DNA of 64,000 nt from Octopus sinensis (GCF_006345805.1 NC_042997.1:96658001-96722000); one strand, 5' to 3'. Shown: positions 50,163 to 63,359, counted from the stretch's first letter. Translations and numbers: made by a program. Notes: generated from the letters alone by a model not told the origin.

Positions 50163-53100
50163 TGCAATGAAGTGTTTAATATTTCATGATATTCAAAACA
50201 AACGAAACTAATTAATGCTATTCATGGCTGATTTAGTGACTTATATAAATGACAAGCATTTCAGAAATAAAAATTATAGCTAGACGCTTTTCTAATGTCA
50301 AGAGAACAGAACACATCATGATTTCAATGCCAATGTAGCTTGAAAACCGTTATTCAAGAAACCAAAATATCAACTTCACAATATATCTTGATATAATTTG
50401 TCAGACGAGTAGCCGGGCACACTGTGGCTGCTGAAAAATACAGTTACACAGTTGATGGTTAAAAAGAAAAGAATTTGTATTTGTTTCAAAGGCTGACTTC
50501 CAGTACACTGGTATATTTGATTAAACTGTCGCTACCCAGATCTCAAGAGTACAGCATTGAATGAATTAAACTATAGAAACAAATGAAATAGTTCGCTGAT
50601 TTATTACTGTGAATATATTTGTTTCTTATTGACCAGAGATCTAACGATAAGATACTTGGTATATCCGGACACCAGACACTATTGAAATAGAAATTTGAAA
50701 CTTATGAGAAGAACTGCAGGCGCATCATATAATGGTTGATTTTAGCCTTAGAGAGACATACGTTCGAAGGCGTACCAGCATTGTCCATTCTTAATAAATT
50801 GTTTTACAGCTGACATATAGTGTTGCATCTATATTGTGACTCCTCACAGGCTCCTATCAAGGAGTAGATGAGAATGTTCATTGAACCATAAAGCCATTTA
50901 ATAAATTTCTCTCTACGTTCACAGTATACTCGTCTAGTCAATTCCCCTCCCGCCCCCGTCAGAAAAATATAATTCAAGTGAACTAGTATGAAGTGCTTAG
51001 AGTTGAAATCCTCAAAGTTCCCTTTCGAACCAGACAAGGGTCAATGCAAATTTCAACTCAGATTTAGATTTATGTCTAACGTATCCAGATTTAGATTTAT
51101 GTCTAACGTTGCTAGCAAAGATGCAAATATCCTGCATCGCATTGTGAAGAAAGCCATTCGGATGAACAGCAAAGACTGAATTCTCACACTGCAAACACTG
51201 GCTCGCAGCAACATTGTTCCTTTTTTTTACTTTTTTTCGGCGGGATGGGTGCTGCTTCGTTCAATTCTACAATGCCCTCTACTCAAAGAGAATATTTGTG
51301 TAGTTTTCAAGTCAAATACATACCGCATACTTGTTGTCTCGTCCGTATTGCGTTTTGCTCTTTCAAATAACAAATTAAGCTCTCACAACCAACCCTTCTC
51401 ATTGATCCTGTAGATGACACACTATACTATTTGAATCTAAATATCAACATGCAAAATTTAATCGATATTACCTTTACCGAGACAATGTGTGCTACTCTTT
51501 GTTCTATGACAAATAAAAATGAACTCCAAGTATTCATTTGTATACATTTTTATTTATGTCTACCACTTATACACGAATATGATTCTTGCAACAGCTAAAA
51601 TACATTACATGATAACCTATTAAGACCCAATTTATTATCGTTTAGTATTTTCGTGTTACATTTTATTTGACGTTTGAAAGTCTATTATAGTAATTAATTG
51701 TATCTTTGAAAATAGAAATAGCTTGTTGTTTATTTTATTTAATACAATTTAAATGGTGCAGAGAACTATAATGATTTTCAGAAAACAAAACATTAGCGTC
51801 AAATATGTAAAGCAAAATTTGATTACATTTCCAAGGAGACATTTTACGTGTTTTTTTTTAAATTATGTTTTAACACTACCATGATTTGTTAGATGAGAAA
51901 AGTTATTCAAGAAATATAATTCAATATGTTAATAATTGAATGTTCCACCAGAACGTTTGTGAGGTGTTTCCCTAGCTAATTGATGGTCAACTTTCCAACA
52001 AGAGCAAATATACTATTTGATAAAATGAGAAGGAGGGACGCAAGCAACATGTGCAGTCCACTTCACTAAACTAGTATATAATTTTCAGCTGCAATGTCCG
52101 TAATTCATGGCAATGCCAATATGGAAGACGATACTTGGTCGTTCTTTATGCCTGAGGTAACAGCCATACAGCCATACACACACAAATCAGCTTTAAAAAC
52201 AGAAAGGTCACACAGGACATTGTATCCCCGGATATAAAAAGAGTTTTCTTTTTACATATTTAGCACTCTGATACAAATATTCAATATCAAATTTTATGAA
52301 ATTTTTAGCAGCACATGTGTCCTATAATTCTCTTATATATGTGTACATAGGTGCATTAGGTACTCCCTACGTTTGTTTTCCAAGAAACACAAAATATTTT
52401 CATAAAACGACTATACTCACGTCCTCACCCATTCTACGATATGAATTCTAAATTAGTATAAGGAATGTTGTCAAGTTTTAATCTCTCATTTATACTTAAA
52501 GATCTGAACTAAATATAAAGGTAGGTGGAAATAAAGTCACATAACCGACAAAGTTATGTTTAGTAGGAAAAGTATCAAGTTTCATTTAAATATATTTCAT
52601 TTAAATATGCAATATAATTACACAAATATTTAAGTCGCTTATTAATTGGCAATAATACCTTGTAGACAATATCAATATAACTTATACAATAGGCATTAAA
52701 CGTAATTGATAAAAATATAAAAATTTTAATGAAACAAACAAAATATTGACCTTTTAATTCAAGAACTTTTTCTTCCGCCATACCGATTCTATTATTTAGC
52801 TTCAGAACAGTTCTAATCAAGTAAACGTGTGACCTGTCGCAATACATTGCGGAGTAAAATATGCTGTAGTATTTAGTTACTTTGTTTAAGTTCTGATTCA
52901 AAATTCGCACCTCTCAGAAGTAAAATCCACCAAGGAGTGATGAAATAATTGGTATATCATAGTCATTTATCTTTGTTGGAATTCATTGTTCTTTCCCGAG
53001 TGAGTTCTTGTGAAGGAAAAAGACTTTCATTTTATAGAATGATAAAAACGTATCTTTAAAACTCCTTCTTTTTCTGATTATATTTTATTAAAATGTTTCA

Positions 53101-54177
53101 GTAGAAACTTTCAATCTTGTTATTTCATAGAAATTTATTTTAAAAAATATAACTTTCAGAACCATTTCTTAATCAACTATCAAAACCATTAAAGATATTA
53201 TTTATTCTTTATAATTTGGTATCTTTTCTTACATCGCTAAAGGTTACATTTTCTTTAAAAAAAAGAGCTTTATTTTTAATCTTACAGGTCTTATCATTCC
53301 ATGCCACAAATATTTCTCTTTCCAATATCTCACATTTAAAAAATCCTGAAAACAATACTAAAACGATTTGTTAATTTTGGATATTGTTAAGTATTTAAAT
53401 TTTAAATTTGAACTTTGATACCCTATACAGATGCTTCATTGAAGAATGAATTTCAGAAATTTCATTTGTGTACCATAGAAAAAGTCTCCATGTGTAGAGA
53501 TAGGTGGTAAATATTAAAGTTAGAAACCACTGCACGTTCCTTCGGGGTACTAGAAATAGCAGCCACGTTTCCATTAGATAATACTCTGCCGTCTTAAATA
53601 CCAAAATGAATCCATTAAATAAGATAGACTCAGACGAGAGAATCACGAATGGAATACATTTTGTCAAAGTACAGTTCCATCAAGGCCAATTTCAGTCGCA
53701 CAATAACAACAAATGTTTGATTTAACTCAGGCTTCAATAAAATCAGAAAGATATAAAAAATGAGATTCATAAGAATGATGAACCATATTGCTAATATATA
53801 GAAAGACATAGAAAAAAACATTTCAATATTATAAGCTTTTCAACAAGTATCAATACATATATGGAAACAAAGGGAATTAAATATGAAAACTTGTGTTGCA
53901 AACTCAGCTTCTCGATATGTAGAAGTTTCCATTATAAACAGCACTTAGTAGTGCATTCTGTTCCAAAACATATTTGTCACATGGATATGTTTTAAATTAG
54001 CCTTATAATTACACCACTTTCATAAGGAAAAAAATTCTCCACTAAAGGATTTATCTCCATTTTCAATTAATCGATTTATCCTGCTTCTAACAACTTCAGA
54101 TAAGGACATCGTTTTGACATTTCAGGTATGCGATTATGTTTATTTGCTCTCTATAGAATTTTATATCTAAATGTTAT

Positions 54178-54210
<33 letters not shown>

Positions 54211-55349
54211 AACACACACATACACACACACACACATACACACACACGTATATATATGGATTTGTGTGTCTAAGACTATGTGTAGCAGGTTAGAAAATAT
54301 TGAAAAAATATATTATATAATCTACCTCGAAATCTTAGGCGCGTCATATATATACACACCCATACACAGAAACGCAAACACACTACGCGCGCGCGTGTGT
54401 GTGCGTATATGTGTGTGAGTGAGTGTATGTGTGTGTGTGAGTGAGTGTGTAGCAACGCTCATTTCTGCTGAACGGATAGGAAATGAATGTGTAATACATG
54501 TAGAATATATGGTTTATTGAAATTGAATGATTATCTTACAACAAGAGTGCAATGGCGGGGAAACATAATGTTTAGCAAAGAGTTTCCGCTTTCGCTAATG
54601 CAGAAATTGCTCCTTTGGATATTCGATTCATAACAGTCAAAACAATTTCTCCACGATATTTAACTTCAAAGAATTAAAAGTAGACAGTCAAAGGACCTTA
54701 TTCATTCTTAGTTAAAGGGAACCTGCTTTAAAAAATGCTACTTAATAATCGATTTTTAAATGCATGTATTTTTATTAATATGATCAACTGCAAATTTCTA
54801 GATATTTAGATGTATATGGATCAACATGATTCACGAATTGTTTAATGAATTGATTAAATAAGGTAATAATGTACCAATTGAAATCAAATATTATAGAGTT
54901 AAATCATGTTAAAGTTCAAAATTGCAAACCTGAAAAGGAAATGTAAGAGCATACTCATACACAAATATTCATAAAGCAAATTTTTTGGATATTTTCTCTA
55001 CGTATTCTAAATGTTCTAAAATAAGGCACAATCATGCTTGAAAATGTGAAAAATCTGAATGATAAAGATTTATCACCCATTTTTATACACAGTTAGTCTC
55101 TAATGAGGAATTTCAACCGTGTTTCGTGGTCTGCTACCACAACAGCTCCTTTATAGGATCCAGTTAGCTCAGGACATTATCAGGAGGAACCACGTCCTGT
55201 TTCGACCCCTACTCCTCTACCGTTTTGACGTGGCGTGCACTCCCCTTTCGAAGGTTTCTTCAGCTCTGATGTTGGGTGCATGTCTTCTTTCTTATTCTTT
55301 CTTCTGTTCCCTGGCCTCTTCGATGTAGCGTCAACGAGTATCAGCGGAC

Positions 55350-55457
55350 GACTGACTGTCTTGTCAATTTTTTTCCCTTTAAATACATGCTGGCAGGCTC
55401 CAGCAGGCAGCCCCAGCAAGTTGTCACGTGACACTGTCTCAACTTTAACTGACCAAT
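55350..55457 (-). promoter_or_regulatory. Candidate Pol II promoter: TATA-like box, Inr, E-box and CCAAT
   Basis: Minus-strand TATTTAAA starts at 55385, 32 nt upstream of the A (55353) of an Inr-like TCAGTC. TGTCACGTGACA lies at 55422-55433 and CCAAT at 55453-55457, within a locally CpG-richer non-repeat island. Confidence 0.4.
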
Positions 55458-56414
55458 GAAGGCGCGTAGTCTCAGCTCACGCATTCTCTAAACGATACCG
55501 TCATCTGTCAATCAGCTAAGCTAATTCGGTGTCTGTCTCACCTAGTGATGTTATTTTTCGCCGGCATGTTATGACTTTCGAGCCATTTTTGGTCTTTCCG
55601 CTTCAGCCATATATAGAAGCTGGCTTTTTCGACCGCCTCTTGTACTTATATTACATAAGTTTTATGCTTACATACCGAGATGAGTTCAGGATTCTTATTC
55701 AAGGTAGAAACTACCTGTATTGTTTTTGTCATACATAAATCAGAAAACCTTTCACTACCATTATAACATTTGATTATTGCTAAAATTTCCATTCGAAATG
55801 AAAATAACTTTCTATAATCCCGTCGCTATTAGCTAGGCATAAATTTATGATTCTCGAGTCAAAATCAATATGTGCAATTGTCTCTAGTTTGAACAGCAAG
55901 CGCAATACAGACTGGACAAAAATCCAATCAACATATCTTCATTTCAGAATCTGAATGCTCTATGCGTAAAATCTTACAGCCAAGTCTGTTATTTAGAACT
56001 CGAACTTATAAAAGAGGTAATGAGTGAAAACGTCGTGAGAATATTAACGTACAACCCATGATAAAAGGACTAGCATGATTACAGAATATTACATCAAATT
56101 ACGCAGGATTTTGTTCTGTCATAATAAATAATATATAGGAACAAGCAACTGACAAAATGTTAGAACATATATAACAGTGTTTGATTTTATCACCATATAA
56201 ATTTTTCATTATCTATACACGTATATATACCTGCTCTCTCTCCCCCCTCTCTCTCTCACACACACACACACATACACACACATGCATTTATTACTTTTGC
56301 CTCTAAAATATCTCGAAGTTAATCTGTGTCTTGCAGACACTGGGAAACAAACCATGCCTATAAATAAAAAAAACAGTTACCGTCATTCTGATAAAACGTT
56401 AATTTCTATGCGTA

Positions 56415-56451
56415 GGCGTGGGAGTGGTTGTGTGGTAAGTAGCTTGCTTAC
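56415..56451 (+). mobile_element. OR-like SINE head, left part, split by an insertion
   Basis: GGCGTGGGAGTGGTTGTGTGGTAAGTAGCTTGCTTAC; the SINE resumes at 58608. Confidence 0.85.
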
Positions 56452-58607
56452 GTCATTGCCACCTCATTGCGCATGTGCGAATTAGAGTTGTCTTTAACAC
56501 AGAAGATGTAAGACGTGTTTTTTGAAAGGCGTCTTCAATTGAAGACTTTTGAAACTCAGCCGTAAGGTAAGAAGTTTGGGGGGTCTAGTGGGGACCTGTT
56601 GCATGTCGCAAATTATTTTTACAAGCAAGAAGTCCTCACTAGAATCTAGTCTGCCTGAGGCTGAGTGAAAATATTATTCACTTAATTGTGAAAATTATTG
56701 GTTTGGTGGGCGTATCCTACCAAAATTTTTGTTTTAAAATAGTCTTGTTCCTGTTAAGGCGTACCTAGAAGAAAATTGGAATGATTTTTTAAATGTTTTA
56801 CAATTGTGTTAAATTTTGGCCTGGAAAACCAAGTAGCCTTCGCTGTGTTTTGAACTGTTGCTCTCTCTCCTTCTATCTTTGATTTTTTAAAAAAAGACTT
56901 TATTGAACTGTTAAATTTTTTTCTCGCTCCTTCCTTTTGTTTGGACCTTTTTCCTCTTCCTTCTTTTTCTTTAATTATTTTATATTTTAACAACTGTATT
57001 TTTGGACTCTTTTCAAAACAACATGGCAAATAACAATGAAAAGCTGGTGAAGTGGGAAATTACACCACCCTAAAAATGGTTGAAAGAACTTGAAAGTAAG
57101 ACAGTGGTTTTGAGGACCTACTCTAGGACCCTCGACGCCATTGCCGTTTTCAGAAAGGATATAATTGAAAGAGAACTGGCAGAATTTAAGCCAGCGATTA
57201 AGTTTATCACTCGGGGAGTCAACTGCGCAAGCATGTGGTTGCTGTTTGACTCCCCAGAAGTGGCCTGTGAATTTGCAAGTCAGCCCCTGGAGGGTAATGT
57301 AATCTTGTTTCTTCCCACTTATTGTGGGAAGAGTTTGACGAGGGCTTGGGTTTGCGGCTTGCCACCCGGAGTTGAGCCCCAGTGGATAGAAGATACTATC
57401 CGCCGGGATCTAGATGGCAGTAGCACCAAGCTCCTTACCGTAAATATTCTGCATGCGGTTGACTGGGAGGTGTCAAAAGCTGTTTTGACCCTATGGGCCC
57501 AGTCAACCGAAAGTCTGGTATTTCCAGACTTTTTGAGAATGGCCGGGTCTAAGTATCCGGTGATTCTTGAGAGACGCCCCCTCCAAGTGTCATCGGTGCT
57601 TGAAGCCTAGCCATATAAAAAAGAACTGTTCTCAAGGGCAAAGCAAAGTCCCGGAGCGGTTGACGGAGACCTCTGTAGAAGGCGGCCGAAGAGACGGAGG
57701 ACTCCTCAAAGAAGAGCCGCAAAAGGAAAAAGGAGAGCAATAATGGGTGCTCACCGAAGGATCCTTGGGATGAGGGAGGGGAGGCGAATCTCCACGTTAC
57801 GGAGAAGACGCACTCCCCCAGTCGAGAAAAAAAAGAGAAAGAGTAGGAGAAACGGGATATTGCCGGCAGTCGGAGACATGACGCCGGAATGTCACGGAGC
57901 CTCGTCGGTTGTGCCACCGGAGGGGGTGGAAATACTATTGCCGGGAATTGTGCCGCCAACGGTGGAATTGACGGACCCGGACCCGATGGATCAGAAACAG
58001 TCGGTCTTCTTTTATAGAGGCGGAGAGGTAGAAAAGATAGTGAAAGAACACTACGAGGGAATACCTGTGGTCTTCACACAGGACCACGAATGGCCTCCGC
58101 AGATAGCTGTGGAGGTCATATCGTTGCGCCTGTTTATGATGCTGGACGGACTAAAAAAAGAAATATCGCTCGTGGCCGGGTAACGCCCACTTGGACCCCG
58201 CCGTGATTTTAAACGAAGCATTGGTTATGGCGGAGTACACGGACATAAGCGATTATGATGTGGGAAATTGACAAGAGGTTGAAAAGCCTCAGAGTTATAA
58301 ATTGTAAGAGGCCAAGCACCTCATTTGTAAATGGACTAGTGTTGATTGTATATTGAATATTTTTTGTATGTTAATATTTGTAATGGACTATTAAGTCCAA
58401 AAACTGTAAAAACTGTTGTGAGAGGTTCAATACCTCGCTTTGTTTATTCTGTTTAAAAAAAAAGAATGTTTTAGAGAAGAAAATCGGCGGGCGTTTTTGC
58501 CTTCTCTGATCAATATCATCCTTATTTCATCATTCACCTCATCAATGTATATGTCCAGCCCGCAGCTACTCTTTGTAATTGCTTTATGGCAAATGTTTTA
58601 TGAAATA
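56452..58607 (+). mobile_element. ORF1-only (HAL1-like) Tx1/L1-clade non-autonomous retroelement, 2156 bp
   Basis: 15-bp TSD AAGTAGCTTGCTTAC / AAGTAGCTTACGTAC; long 5' UTR; gag-like ORF1; AATAAA at the 3' junction; no APE or RT. Confidence 0.78.
57023..58300 (+). pseudogene. ORF1 nucleic-acid-binding protein (RRM-like region, CCHC knuckle, C-terminal domain), disrupted
   Basis: ATG 57023 is in frame with ORF 57080-57610 through a stop at 57071. After a +1 shift, CHRCLKPSHIKKNC (CX2CX4HX4C) lies at 57588-57629. ITRGVNCASMWLLF matches ITRGVKYATIEVRF in the 28574 ORF1. Confidence 0.78.
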
Positions 58608-58826
58608 AAGTAGCTTACGTACCAACCACATGGTTCCGGGTTCAGTTCCACTGCGTGGTACCTTGGGCAAGTGTCTTCTACTATAGCCTCGGGCCGACCA
58701 AAGTCTTGTGAGTTGATCTGGTCGGCGGAAACTGAAAGAAGCCCGTCGTATATATGAATATATGTATGTGTGTGTGTGTGTGTGTGTGTTTGTGTGTCTG
58801 TGTTTGTCCCTCCCGCCTCCAACATC
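58608..58826 (+). mobile_element. OR-like SINE, right part
   Basis: CAACCACATGGTTCCGGGTTCAGTTCCACTGCGTGG...GAAACTGAAAGAAGCCCGTCG + (TG)n + TTTGTCCC..AACATC. Confidence 0.9.
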
Positions 58827-59631
58827 TGGCGTTGTATAGAGGTTTAATGGCGAGCAAGTGTAAGCTCGTTCTCGGGAAGAGCCTAAGCGCCGACAAAAAT
58901 CAATGGTTGGTCTGTTTCGGTGGACTTTCTCGCCGGAGCCTATGGATAATTTCCAGAAATCTTTGGCCTGGCAGTGATACCGGGTGTATTGTCGGTTACG
59001 GGGAAACTCTACTAGCACAGAGCAAAGAAAGTGTTCTGCGCACACTTGACCAGTGTCCAAGCATTACCGACTTGTGGTTTTATGTTAGCAATTGCTGTCA
59101 TGCGTAGGATGGACCCGGCTATCGACTAAGTTTATTATGAAGATTGGCTCGTCGCCTTCTTTTGGCTAAGAAGGGTAAGCAGTGTTTCTTTGTCTGGAGA
59201 CCTTCGCGAAAGAGATCATTGGGTGGACCAAATTGCAAAGGCTGAAAACTTACATTTTCGTGGTTGATCAAGCCCTCATTAACATTTTCATGTTTCACTT
59301 GAATAGGAGGTTGAGGATAGAGATGGAAGTACTACCTTGCAGCAGTTTTATCAAAAGGGGGATGAACATTGCAAGAATGTTCCTAGTGAAGGGGCCTGCT
59401 CTAAGTATGCGCCTGTGTGTTGAAGGAGGGGGATATGGAGAGGACACTTGCTCCATTGGTCAGGGCGGCTGTGATTTTGTGGGATCTTCTCGAGGAGCCC
59501 TAAGAAGTCTTCTGCTGTTAGGGGAATTTATCGTTGTCACACGATTATATTTTGTTTCATTTTTATATAACCCCTCAATACATTATCCTATACCATCCTC
59601 AATGTTTCTGTGAACTCTTAATGGTTAATAA
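58827..59631 (+). mobile_element. Tx1/L1-clade LINE 3' fragment (ORF2 C-terminus and 3' UTR)
   Basis: MDNFQKSLAWQ, KESVLRTLDQCPSITDLW (degenerate zf-RVT-like), FLCLETFAKEIIGWT..FHLNRRLRIE; ends with AATAA. Confidence 0.7.
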
Positions 59632-59652
59632 GGAATACATTATTGCTGTTAA

Positions 59653-59866
59653 GGCAGCGAGCGGGCAGAATCTTCAAGACTCCGGAGTAAATCCTTTGCA
59701 GCATTTCATCCATCTTTTACGTTCTGTGTTCAAATTCTGTCAAGGTCGACTTTGCCTTTGATCCTTTTGGAGTGGATAAAAGAAGTAATAGTTGAACGTT
59801 GGGGTCTATATAATTGCCTTCCCCATTCTCCTGAAATTGCTGGATTTGTACCAAAATTTGAAATTC
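59653..59866 (+). mobile_element. OK-like SINE, diverged
   Basis: GGCAGCGAGCGGGCAGAATC...CAAATTCTGTCAAGGTCGACTTTGCCTTT...AAAATTTGAA. Confidence 0.85.
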
Positions 59867-59984
59867 ATTGTTGTTATTTTTGCTGCGGTTAATTTTGTTG
59901 CTTTCGTTGTAGATGTTGTAGTAATTATCATTATAAATATTACCATTATTATTACTTACTATTATTATTATTATTATTATTATA

Positions 59985-60038
<54 letters not shown>

Positions 60039-60060
60039 GTTATTATTATTATTTCTATTA

Positions 60061-60453
60061 TTCTATGTGTGACTTTTGCTTTACATTTGTACAAGTTGGC
60101 TCCAAGTCTCACCCAGAGACCTCAAGAGACAACAGGTTGGAAGTTCATGTCGTTGTTATGCCTAGTGTGCTATATATCATGACAGTTGAGATACTCTGTA
60201 TGCGTTAGAAGACTGCACTACTAGACAACATGATCAATGGTTTCATTTTGTTGTTGACATACACGACATGTTGGGCTACTGCCGTTCTTTAATATGTTGG
60301 CCATGTAGTTCCTTGTTGGTAGGCATTGATCTTGAGCTGCTATGATAAACCGTTCTGTTTCAGATTTTAAGCTAGAGGCCATTAGCCATTGATGGGTCAG
60401 GGCTTTGTCAACATCTGCATTCTTCGCTCTCTTTGGGTATTTGCCATAGAGAG

Positions 60454-60454
<1 letters not shown>
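60061..60454 (-). mobile_element. R4/Dong-like 3' fragment with the CCHC region joined directly to the 3' UTR
   Basis: Minus strand: PLYGKYP..THQWL..LKSETERFIIAAQDQ..TCRVCQQQNETIDHVV**C..EYLNCHD, then a 3' UTR shared with 60591. Confidence 0.85.
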
Positions 60455-60492
<38 letters not shown>

Positions 60493-60518
60493 TATTATTA
60501 TTATTATTATTATTGTTA

Positions 60519-60577
<59 letters not shown>

Positions 60578-60590
60578 ATTATTATTATTA

Positions 60591-60840
60591 TTCTATGTTT
60601 GACTTTTGCTTTACATTTGTACAAGTTGGCTCCAAGTTTCACCCAGAGACCTCAAGAGACAACGAGTTGGAAGTTCATGCTGGTGTTATGCCTAGGGTGC
60701 CATATATTTGGGTTTTTTACTTAGTGTTGAACTAGTGAATGTCTAAAAACCATGCGAAAATTATGTTTGTTTTAAAACTTGAGATTACATAGAAAGCATT
60801 TTGCGTAGGATATGAGCAGTTATCATGAGCACTATCTGTA

Positions 60841-60842
<2 letters not shown>
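60591..60842 (-). mobile_element. R4/Dong-like 3' end (last codons and 3' UTR)
   Basis: Minus strand: IQIVLMITAHILRKMLSM*, then a 3' UTR ending ..CAAACATAGAA(TAA)n; flanked by (TTA)n on both sides. Confidence 0.85.
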
Positions 60843-60891
<49 letters not shown>

Positions 60892-61629
60892 TATTGTTAT
60901 TATTATTACTGTTGTTGTTGTTGCTGCTGTTATTCCTTTTTGATATCTTTGAATAACAAAGCAAGATCTCTGCTGGCTACATTCGTATATACTTACAAAA
61001 CGCTCAGCAATTATGAAACAATTCAAAATATTTGACTTTGTAATGAAAGAATGTGGCATCATGTTATCGTTATGCTGCACAAAGATAAAGCAGCACTTAC
61101 CATATCATTCATGTCATTCATTACTTATGTTTACCCAAATGCCGTCTCTATAGGAAGAATAGAGAAAATTATACAAAATTTCAATGACTAATAAACAGAA
61201 TGGAATATTGTATAAATAATTGTTCCAAATATTATAATCAATACATATTTTGGCTGATAACCAGTACGTTTCATAGTATCATGGTAAAGTTGAAAGGAAA
61301 CTGAAAAGAGCCACATATCATTGAGTATGAGTGTGTGTGTGTGTGTGTGTATGTGTGTGCGCGGTGCGTGCGTGCGTGTGAGCGTGTATGTGTATGCCCA
61401 TGTGTGTGCATTTGTGTGTGTGTGTTGATGTCATAAGAATTTAGAAACTATCGAGAGAACACGGAATAATTCTGTTTTTGAAATAGATCTCGAAGCACAT
61501 AAATGTTATTTATCATATTTATATATATATATTGCGTTAAAAAAACAGTATTTGCATGCTCTAATTTATTGCATTTATATAAATCGAGATCCATTTCCAA
61601 GAAGACAATTATCTCCTCTGTTTATATAT

Positions 61630-61664
<35 letters not shown>

Positions 61665-61809
61665 TAGGCATTACTGTACGTCCTTTCCCGTGGTTTCTTT
61701 TCAATCTAAAACTATTGAATGTCATTTACATTTATCACAATGTGCAAGAGAGTGATATCGCAGATATACAGGGATGTGTTGACTTAAAAACATACAGAAA
61801 TATAAACAC

Positions 61810-61823
61810 ACATACACATATAC

Positions 61824-61900
<77 letters not shown>

Positions 61901-62007
61901 CATACATACATATGTATGTGTGTATGTATAAACATATATCTGTGTGTGACTGTGTGGGGGCGTGTGTGTTTATGCATATATATATATATATATATATGCG
62001 TGTGTGA

Positions 62008-62052
<45 letters not shown>
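61810..62052. repeat. (TA)n/(TG)n microsatellites
   Basis: Directly visible. Confidence 0.95.
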
Positions 62053-62054
<2 letters not shown>

Positions 62055-62439
62055 CAAATTTTAGGTTAGTTAGAATATGCTTGTGACCTGTTTCAAACGC
62101 TTCCTAAATGAAATACACTGCACTTGCCGTGGAGAAAATATCTTGTTATGGTAAAAACGTGTAAAAAACACGACATCTGTCCAGTGACACCATCTATCAC
62201 GATTCCAAGACATCAGTATTTCTAGCTTCGTTATCTGTTATCAATGGGAAATACCTAAGACATAGAACTCTAGACAGAACTCGCCGTACCACAGGATAAT
62301 ACAACAGGATATAATGTAAAAGTAAACAAGACTTGCCATAAGGTTATGTGAAGCCAGCATAATGTCCACAACTATATACCAATAGTAAATTTGCACGCAA
62401 ACACATACACACTTGCTCACATTTATAGACATATATGCA

Positions 62440-62600
62440 GTGAGTGCACGTAACCTAGTTGTTAGATTGTGCAGTCACGAACTTGAGATTGCAGGTTCGA
62501 TTCGCGGACTGGGTGATGTGGGGTTTTTTTTGTTCTTATTTTGTTTTGTTTTTTTGAAAAAAGCAATTCGTTTCACGTCACTCTGCGATCACTTCGAAAT
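62440..62600 (+). mobile_element. Diverged tRNA-derived SINE head
   Basis: A-box-like TAACCTAGTTGTTAG and B box GGTTCGATTC. Confidence 0.55.
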
Positions 62601-62765
62601 CTGACATGTGACACAATATTTTTACACATATAATGTCGATTCGAAATAAGGAGTAACGTAATATACACTGCATTCGAGTGTGCGTGTGTGTGTGTGTACG
62701 TGTGTGTATGTGTGTGTATGTGTGTTTATTGTGTGTGTGTACATATGTGTGTATTGTCTGTGTGT

Positions 62766-62817
<52 letters not shown>

Positions 62818-63359
62818 ATATGTAGCGGTGTAGATAGCTAGATAGTTAAATATCCCTTGCAAGAAAGAACATAGAGTAACATCACTTTCCCAAGCTTCTC
62901 GAAGCACCGTTGTCATGAGACGTGATTCTTAATTATTCAACAATCTCGGGGTTTCTCTTGGAAGTTTTCAGAATGTCTAGCGTTTCATTATTAAAAACAG
63001 CTTGCTAATTCAGCTTTACGTTTCTTACTCGATTAGACTTAGAGCAGTTCACGTCGTTGGCATGCCCGTCTATTTCTCTACGCTCCATAGCCGAAATGAC
63101 TGAAAGCCACCACTTCGCTGTTGTTCTACATTTCCAAGCTCTGAACTTTCTTGCATAGACTACTTCCTTCCACTAGTTTCTACAATTTGATGCAACGTAT
63201 TAGAATGGATTGAAGAATTACATATATTTTTATGTAGTAAATGTATAGATCTTGTATTTATTCTTTCATCTCTGTATGAACTCTTGTAATAACATACATG
63301 CAGCCTCATCAACAACTTGTACTGTCTATATATTCTACTACACATACATATATGCATAC

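Larger units (their letters stand above)
59945..60930. repeat. Three (TTA)n arrays (about 59945-60060, 60455-60590 and 60843-60930) separating the Dong-like inserts
   Basis: Directly visible. Confidence 0.95.

Noticed and set aside
52575-53821. Minus-strand ORFs 52575-52910, 53395-53667 and 53630-53821 as exons of the gene from the 55353 promoter
   Set aside because: No recognisable domain, weak splice sites and AT-rich composition.
57549-57959. 136-aa minus-strand ORF, and similar ORFs such as 15300-15686 and 58584-59060
   Set aside because: They are antisense shadows of retroelement coding sequence.
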